Source of the DNA: Myxococcales bacterium
GTDB taxonomy: Bacteria; Myxococcota_A; Polyangia; DRWM01; JAAZOP01
Assembly (NCBI GenBank): GCA_012797735.1
Contig: JAAZOP010000458.1
Span: 1-48,098, forward strand
DNA length: 48,098 nucleotides
Direction of reading: 5' to 3'
The translations under genes were made by a program, and so were the position numbers. Shown here in pieces: positions 42,522-48,098 of the stretch. The notes under the pieces are model-generated. The model made no database searches. It worked only from the letters and a program-made list of their open reading frames with translations, and was not told where the DNA came from. The first letter of the stretch is position 1. Each line of letters begins with the position of its first letter.

Positions 42522-43090
42522 CGCGCCGCCCCCTCCCGCGGCTCGACGAACCGCAACCCCGCCGGCTTCCCGCCGCCCGCCTCCGCGAAATCGCCGCGCA
42601 CCACCAGCCGCCCCAGCACCGGCCTCGCCTCCGGGAGCGGCGGCAACGGCACCACGCACGACCGCGTCCCCGCCTCCGCGAACTCGAGCCGGCAGGCCGC
42701 GCCGCCGACCTCCACCTCGACCGCCAGCGGCCACGCCCGCGCTCCGCGCGCCTCCAGCGTCACCGGCAACCCCGCCTCCGGGCCGCGCAGCGCCAGGAAG
42801 TACGACACCGGCGCCGCGCTCCAGCCGCCCGCGGTCCGCGCCAGGTGCTTCCGCCGCTTGCCGCCCAGCCGATCCAGCGCCAGCGCCGGGTGCCGTTCGA
42901 TGCACCGCGCGAGCGCCGCGGCGTCCTCCTCCGACAGCTCGGCCACGCCCCGGTCGGCCCGCGTCAGGATCCACCACGCCCGGTCGAGGTCCGGCTGCTC
43001 CATCCCCCAGGCGAGGAAGACGGCCAGCCCGCCCCAACTCGCGACGAGCAGCACGAAGCCGCCGCCGGGCACGAACCGCCGCGCCCTCAC
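42518..43090 (-). CDS. hypothetical N-terminally anchored protein (190 aa)
   Basis: The GTG overlaps the CotH stop (GTGA 43087-90), with GGGAGGAG 6 nt upstream. TM segment FVPGGGFVLLVASWGGLAVFLAWG. Its stop overlaps the VTC ATG (ATGA 42518-21). No family recognised. Confidence 0.55.
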   Translation of the reverse strand: MRARRFVPGGGFVLLVASWGGLAVFLAWGMEQPDLDRAWWILTRADRGVAELSEEDAAALARCIERHPALALDRLGGKRRKHLARTAGGWSAAPVSYFLALRGPEAGLPVTLEARGARAWPLAVEVEVGGAACRLEFAEAGTRSCVVPLPPLPEARPVLGRLVVRGDFAEAGGGKPAGLRFVEPREGAAR

Positions 43091-45903
43091 GGCGACTCCT
43101 CCCGCCAGCGCCCCAACGCTCCGTCCAACTCGGCCCAGGCCGAGAGCCCCAGCGACGCGCGCAACGCCGGCAAGGCGTCGTCCGGCAGCGCCCACGCCAA
43201 CTCCGGCACGGGATCGAGCGCCCCGTCTTCGACGACCAGCCCGGCGCCGCAGCCCGCCGCGCGGGTCCGCTCGAGATCCAGTCGGCTGTGCCCCGGCCAG
43301 TGCTCCCCCGACACGCGCACGACGGCCGCCGTCCCGTCGTCGCGGAACAGGACATCCGCGAGCTGCACGCGCGAGCCCGCCTTGACCAGCAGGCCGGTCC
43401 GCGAACCGGCCGCCAGCACCCGCGCCGCGCGCAGCCGGCCCCCCGAGCCGACGGAGATGGCGTTGCCGCCGCAATCCAGGAGGCGCGCGTCGGCCAGGGT
43501 CACGTCGCCGCCGTTCACGTCGAGCGCCTCCTGGCCGGCGCCGGCGACGACCAGCCGCTGGATCGCCCCGAGGACGAACTCGAGGTCCACCGCGTCGCCG
43601 CGCGCCCCGCGGAATTCGAGGTCGCCCAGCAGCAGGCCCCGCACGTAGGCCGCGCGGAACGTCTCCGCCTGCTGCCGGCCGCCGCGGACCCGCCCGTGCG
43701 CCACCAGGACGGCCGAGGTGTCCTGGATGTCGATCGCGCTCGGTGTCTCCGCCAGCGGCACGGCGGGCGCCGTGGCCCCCTGCACCTCGAAGTGCGCGAG
43801 CTGCGATCCGGCCGTCCCGGGCCCGATCAACACCAGCCCGCCCCACTGCCCCTCCTGCGGCACGAAGCGGATCGGCTCCGCGGCGGTCCCGACCGCGAAC
43901 AGCGGCCCGCGGAAGATCAGCGAGGCGTCCCGCGCCAACTCCACGGTCGTCCCGGGAGCGATCCACACCGTCTCGCCCGACCGGAACTCGCGCGTCTCGT
44001 CGACCCGCACCGGACCGGGACCCAGCCGGACGAGCCGCCGCGGCTCGGCCGGCAGGCACCACGGGTGCAACGACGAGCGTCCCGCGGTTCGCCGGAAGGT
44101 CGTTTCCGCGCAGGCGAGCGGCACCGGCGGACCGCCGGCGCCCGGCGCCGCGGGTTCCGCCGTCCGCTCCTCGACGCCGCCCGTCACCAGGTTCGTCGCC
44201 CGGAGCCGCACCGCGACCGGCGCGCATCCGCCGGCGTCGATCCGGAAACGGTAGGTTCGGGGGTCGCTCCGGGAGACGACGTCGCCGCGGGTCGGGTGCG
44301 GCCGGCGCGCCTCGAGCGCCACGCCCGGGTAGAGCAGCCAGCCGGGCCGCGCCGCCTCGGCCGGCCGCAACGCGCCGGTCGCCGCCTCCGGGCCGGCGGC
44401 GTCGGCTCCCCCGGTCCGCACGGTCGCCAGCCGCCACCGGACCGGCGCGCAGTCCGCCGGCCATTCCACCGTCACCCGATCCATCCGATACCCGGCGTTG
44501 CCGTCGACGGTCGCCTCGAGCAGCACGGCGCCGTCGGGCGACGACCGGCGCGTCCAGGCGAGCCCCGGCCGCGACAGCTCTTCCAGCAGATACGCCACCC
44601 GCCGCTCGTATTCGTCGAGCCGCGCGGCCAGCACCGCCTCCTGGCGTTCCGCCGTCATCGGCCGGATCATCCGTTCGAGGTAGTTGTCGCCGCGCGGCAG
44701 CAGGTCGAAGGCGTCCCAGTACGGGTCGGCCGCCTGGTCCCGCGCCAGCTTCTTCACCGTCCGCCGGGCCCGCTCGCGGACCGCCGCGGCCGAACAGGAA
44801 CCGTGGAGCAGCCGCCACACCTCCCGGTTCCGCAACGTCAGGTACTCGGGCAGCTCCTTGAGCCGCAGCAGCAGCGGATGCTCGACGCGGTTCAGCTCCC
44901 GCGTGTGCTGCCAGCCGCGGGACTCCGTCGCCAGCGGCTCGAAGCGCCCCGTGACCGGGTCGAGTACCAGCCTGTGGTTGCGGCCGAAGTCCTGGCGGTC
45001 GACGCCGAAGACGACGTGGATCGCGTCGAGCAGCGCGAAGCGCCGCAGGTCGAGATGGTCGCGCGCGAAACGGGCGAACTCGACCTGCGAGCCGTCGCGG
45101 ACGAGCGCCAGGAGGCGTTCGAGGGGCGCGAGGTCGGCCGGGACGCCGCCCGGCACGGCATCGACCCGCTTCCAGGACCGCGCGTCCTCCCACAGCCGGC
45201 TGACGCCCGTTTCCGGGTCCGGCGTGGCGTCGTTGCCGGAGTACAGCGGCCCGGGCACCCGGTTGTTCGCGCGCAGGAGGTCCGTGTCCGGCTGCGCGAC
45301 GAAGTCGTAGATCCCCATCGGCGCGTCGTTGAACAGCAGCCGGACCGGAAACGCCGCCGGCGCGAGCAGCCCCTCGGCCCGCGCCGCGTCCAGCACCAGC
45401 GCCTCGTCGAACACCAGCGGCTCCGGGCTGTTGATCAGGTTGAACGTGGCGGTGCCCCGCACGAGCCGCCCGTCGAGCACGCGCACCTTCCACGACTTCT
45501 GCGGGTAGTCCCGGTGCCACGCCTCCTGCCCGCGCAGGCGAACCTGCACCCGGAACGGCTCCCGGTCGAACGACAACAGCCCCTCGACGTAGGCGCTCGG
45601 ACCCTCCGCGACATCGCTCGACGCCAGCGTTTCGAGTGCGGCCGCGCCGAGGGTCAACCCCACCGTCGGCAGGTCGCTCGAACGGGGCGGCGCGGTGTGC
45701 GCCAGCGACCGCAGGTCGCGGGTCAAATGATCGTGCAGGTGGAGCTGGAACAGCTCGGCGTCGAGCGGCCGGTCCTCGCCGGTCGCGCGGTCGTGCCGCA
45801 CGTGCTCCGCCAGCGCGGCGCCCGCGTACCACAGGAGCAGGAACAACGCCGGCGCGGCGGGCAAGAGCCCCGCCGAGAGCCGCAGGCGATACAGCCGACC
45901 CAA
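43087..45903 (-). CDS. membrane-anchored CotH kinase-family protein with C-terminal parallel beta-helix region
   Basis: CotH-like core (RVQVRLRGQEAWHRDYPQKSWKVRV, FNLINSPEPLVFDEAL, MGIYDFVAQPD, HRLVLDPVTGRFEPL). N-terminal anchor LLPAAPALFLLLWYAGAAL. C-terminal beta-helix-like turns (DCGGNAISVGSGGRLRAARVLAAGSRTGLLVKAGSRV). There is no in-frame ATG; the start is assigned to TTG 45903 (CTG 45906 is the alternative), so the start is uncertain. Confidence 0.75.
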   Translation of the reverse strand: MGRLYRLRLSAGLLPAAPALFLLLWYAGAALAEHVRHDRATGEDRPLDAELFQLHLHDHLTRDLRSLAHTAPPRSSDLPTVGLTLGAAALETLASSDVAEGPSAYVEGLLSFDREPFRVQVRLRGQEAWHRDYPQKSWKVRVLDGRLVRGTATFNLINSPEPLVFDEALVLDAARAEGLLAPAAFPVRLLFNDAPMGIYDFVAQPDTDLLRANNRVPGPLYSGNDATPDPETGVSRLWEDARSWKRVDAVPGGVPADLAPLERLLALVRDGSQVEFARFARDHLDLRRFALLDAIHVVFGVDRQDFGRNHRLVLDPVTGRFEPLATESRGWQHTRELNRVEHPLLLRLKELPEYLTLRNREVWRLLHGSCSAAAVRERARRTVKKLARDQAADPYWDAFDLLPRGDNYLERMIRPMTAERQEAVLAARLDEYERRVAYLLEELSRPGLAWTRRSSPDGAVLLEATVDGNAGYRMDRVTVEWPADCAPVRWRLATVRTGGADAAGPEAATGALRPAEAARPGWLLYPGVALEARRPHPTRGDVVSRSDPRTYRFRIDAGGCAPVAVRLRATNLVTGGVEERTAEPAAPGAGGPPVPLACAETTFRRTAGRSSLHPWCLPAEPRRLVRLGPGPVRVDETREFRSGETVWIAPGTTVELARDASLIFRGPLFAVGTAAEPIRFVPQEGQWGGLVLIGPGTAGSQLAHFEVQGATAPAVPLAETPSAIDIQDTSAVLVAHGRVRGGRQQAETFRAAYVRGLLLGDLEFRGARGDAVDLEFVLGAIQRLVVAGAGQEALDVNGGDVTLADARLLDCGGNAISVGSGGRLRAARVLAAGSRTGLLVKAGSRVQLADVLFRDDGTAAVVRVSGEHWPGHSRLDLERTRAAGCGAGLVVEDGALDPVPELAWALPDDALPALRASLGLSAWAELDGALGRWREESP

Positions 45904-45986
45904 CAGCCGGGACCAGCCGGGCCCGGCGCCCCAGCGCCAGGGCCGAAGGCCCTCGCCGCCGCCCGGCTCGGCGGACGTGTCGTCCG

Positions 45987-47306
45987 CTACACGTCCACCG
46001 CCAGCTGCACCAGCAGGCAATTGACGCTCTCCCAGCCGCCCGGCCACTCGTCGGGCGCCAGCCCGCCCGGCGTGCGCTCGAGATTCGGTTCCTCGCCCTC
46101 GACCCGCGTGAACTGCCCCTCGACCATCACCCGCACGTACCGGCCGAGCAGCAGGTTCACGCCGGCCGTGGCGCGCCACTTCCGCTGGGCCCGCTCCGCG
46201 ATCCGCGGCAGCACGAGCTCCCCGCGGAACACCGGCTCCAGACCCACGTCCCACTCGTCCGACAGCGCGAACTCGTACGACGCCTCGAACGTCACCGCCG
46301 AGGTCAGCGGCGCACCCTCGTACCACCAGTTCTCCCCGAGACTCGCCTCGACCAGCAGCCGCAGGTCCGCCGGCCGGAACATCGCGTCCGCCTCCGCCAT
46401 CCACCAGGAGCCCGCGAGCCAACCGAAATCATCGACGAAGGAGGGGTTCCGCTCGAGAACCTCCGGTTCGACGAGGCGCGGCAGGTCGGCGGTTTCCAGC
46501 GTGTCGAGCGACACGGACAGGCCGAAGGAGAACCAGTCCACCGGCCGCGCCTCGAGGCGCGCGCTGAGGTCCTTGAGCCCGTCCCCGCCGCTCTCGAGCA
46601 GCCCCTCGCCGGGACCATTGAACACGCCCACCGCGTAGTCCAGCCTCGCCGCGTCCCACAACCGTCCCGTCAGGGCGACGCCGAGGTCCCGGCCGCCGTA
46701 CCCCAGGCGTTCCACGATCCAGCGGTTGGCCAGCCCGCGGTCGATCGTGCGCAGGTTGCGCCGCGGCGTCCGCTCGATGCGCGAGAAGGACCGCTTGAAC
46801 TGCCCCGCCGTCACGCGCAGCCACCGGAACGGCGACAGCTCGACGTAGGCGTCCCGCAACAGGCCCCGGGCCGACCCGGCCTGCAGCAACTCCTCGGCCT
46901 CCAACTCCAGGACCATCTCGATCCAGCCGGCGGGCTCCCAGGTCGCCTGGAGCCGCGCCGTGTTCAGCAGGAACTCGTTGCCGGGGTCCTCGACGTCGTC
47001 CGTCAACCGCCAGAGCGCGTACAGCCGCCCCTCGAAATCGACATTCGTCCAGTCGATCTCGCCGGCGGCCGCCGCGACCTGCGGCAGGGCCAGCGCCACG
47101 GCGGCCGCCCACACCGGAGCGACGCCGGGCCGCGCGGACCTCTCCTGCCCGCCCCCTCGCCCTCCGGCCCGAAGCGCATCGCCTCGCGCCGCCCGTCGCC
47201 GCACCTCCGGGGATCCCCCGCGGCGTCCCGGACCCTCGCCCGACGGCGCGGTTCCGGGGACCGCTCCGCGGGACGCAAGTGTCGGACCCGCGCGAAAGAG
47301 CCTCAT
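45987..47306 (-). CDS. outer-membrane beta-barrel, phosphate-selective porin O/P-like
   Basis: LLRDAYVELSPFRWLRVTAGQFKRSFSRIE resembles the DAY..-..GQFK.PF..E signature of porin O/P. Alternating amphipathic strands, ending in an aromatic/aliphatic C-terminus. Start uncertain: ATG 47306 (GGAGGGAGG upstream), ATG 47321, or GTG 47114 directly before the signal WAAAVALALPQVAAAAG. Confidence 0.65.
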   Translation of the reverse strand: MRLFRAGPTLASRGAVPGTAPSGEGPGRRGGSPEVRRRAARGDALRAGGRGGGQERSARPGVAPVWAAAVALALPQVAAAAGEIDWTNVDFEGRLYALWRLTDDVEDPGNEFLLNTARLQATWEPAGWIEMVLELEAEELLQAGSARGLLRDAYVELSPFRWLRVTAGQFKRSFSRIERTPRRNLRTIDRGLANRWIVERLGYGGRDLGVALTGRLWDAARLDYAVGVFNGPGEGLLESGGDGLKDLSARLEARPVDWFSFGLSVSLDTLETADLPRLVEPEVLERNPSFVDDFGWLAGSWWMAEADAMFRPADLRLLVEASLGENWWYEGAPLTSAVTFEASYEFALSDEWDVGLEPVFRGELVLPRIAERAQRKWRATAGVNLLLGRYVRVMVEGQFTRVEGEEPNLERTPGGLAPDEWPGGWESVNCLLVQLAVDV

Positions 47307-47401
47307 CCTCCCTCCGTCCATGCCGTCCACGCCGCCGGCGCCGCGTCGCGCTCGCCGCGGTGCGGATCCGGCAGCCTCGACCGCGGGATTCCGCGGGTGG
47401 T

Positions 47402-48037
47402 CTACAACCCCAACGCGAACACGAGCCCCCAGGCGGTGCGCCCCGTCGCCTCGTCGAAACCCACCGGCCCGGGAACGACCGTCACGCCGGCCCCGCCCCC
47501 CACCTCGTCCGCCGACCCGCCGCAGAGCGCCCACAGCGGCGCCCCGATCAGGATCGAAGCGGCCCCGATGCCGAGCAGCGTGTAGCCGATGATCGCCTCG
47601 ACGCCCGTCTCCGACCCGCCCCCCTGGCCCAGCTCCGCCCCGAGAAAGATCGCGCCGCCGAGCAGCGACCCGATCCCGTTGTAGGTCAGGTGTTCGCCCG
47701 CCGCCAACGCCGTCTCGTTCGGCTCCCGGACCTTCCACGTCTGCTCCCCGCCCGTCGCCGCGACCACGAACTCGTGCGAGCCGACCCGGAACAGGTACGA
47801 CCCGTTGGGCACGCGCATCCGGCACGGCGTGCGACACGCGACCGTCCCGCCGCTCCCCGACCCCCGGCCCGACCCCGCCGCCGCCCCGACGACCGCCACG
47901 CCGGGCGCGTCCGAGACGAACACCAGCTCGGTGTCGCCCGACTGCACGGCCCGCCCCTCGCTCTCCAGCACCGTCGGCCCCGGGGGCCGGGGCGACGGCC
48001 GTTCGGCAGGCGGCCGGAAAGGAAGGCCAAGGCGCAT
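47402..48037 (-). CDS. hypothetical protein with PEGA-like module and C-terminal hydrophobic segments
   Basis: ATG 48037, with an in-frame TAA four codons upstream. CRTPCRMRVPNGSYLFRVGSHEF is PEGA-like. Gly-rich TM segments GIGSLLGGAIFLGA and IIGYTLLGIGAASILIGAPLWAL. Confidence 0.55.
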   Translation of the reverse strand: MRLGLPFRPPAERPSPRPPGPTVLESEGRAVQSGDTELVFVSDAPGVAVVGAAAGSGRGSGSGGTVACRTPCRMRVPNGSYLFRVGSHEFVVAATGGEQTWKVREPNETALAAGEHLTYNGIGSLLGGAIFLGAELGQGGGSETGVEAIIGYTLLGIGAASILIGAPLWALCGGSADEVGGGAGVTVVPGPVGFDEATGRTAWGLVFALGL

Positions 48038-48098
48038 GAACCAGGGCGGTTACGACGATTTGGGCCCGAGGATCGACCTGAGCGATCCCGCCCAGGAA

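Noticed and set aside
42499-46638. 1379-aa ORF (+), and the upstream parts of 42518..45832 (-) and 41724..43355 (-)
   Set aside because: These are antisense or alternative frames of the CotH/VTC/porin genes. Only the 3' portions of the two minus-strand ORFs (190 aa and 265 aa) have SD-preceded starts, a TM segment or VTC motifs.

Overview
48.1-kb, very GC-rich bacterial chromosome segment (roughly 70% GC or more by eye, GC3-saturated codons). Gene content looks Myxococcota-like: Myxococcus-type cysteine-rich repeats, MopE-like metal-binding repeats, FHA-type sigma-54 activators and a eukaryote-like Ser/Thr kinase. I support 36 protein-coding genes. I saw no rRNA, tRNA, CRISPR array, transposase or integrase. 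Layout: (i) 0-7 kb holds signalling and membrane genes, including an FHA/sigma-54 activator with a divergent near-consensus sigma-54 promoter and twin 20-bp palindromes, and a PAS hybrid histidine kinase. (ii) 7-14 kb is an ordinary housekeeping block: yqgE, rpsF-rpsR-rplI-dnaB, an RlmI-like methyltransferase and DUF885. (iii) 14-41 kb is dominated by exported or lipoprotein-like, extremely Cys-rich repeat proteins: an 8x PSI-like array, an FG-GAP/VCBS propeller, MopE-like arrays and Myxococcus Cys-rich repeats. It also carries a FecR/PHP/TPR/AlaX gene string, a Ser/Thr kinase, a second FHA/sigma-54 activator operon and a second strong sigma-54 promoter. (iv) 41-48 kb is a tightly overlapping porin - CotH - TM protein - VTC - DUF4956 cluster. 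This is my top candidate for an undescribed system: a split VTC-like polyphosphate or phospho-polymer envelope machine. Most long ORFs in the six-frame track are Arg/Pro/Gly-rich shadow frames typical of high-GC DNA and were rejected. All domain calls come from motif recognition by eye, not from database searches.
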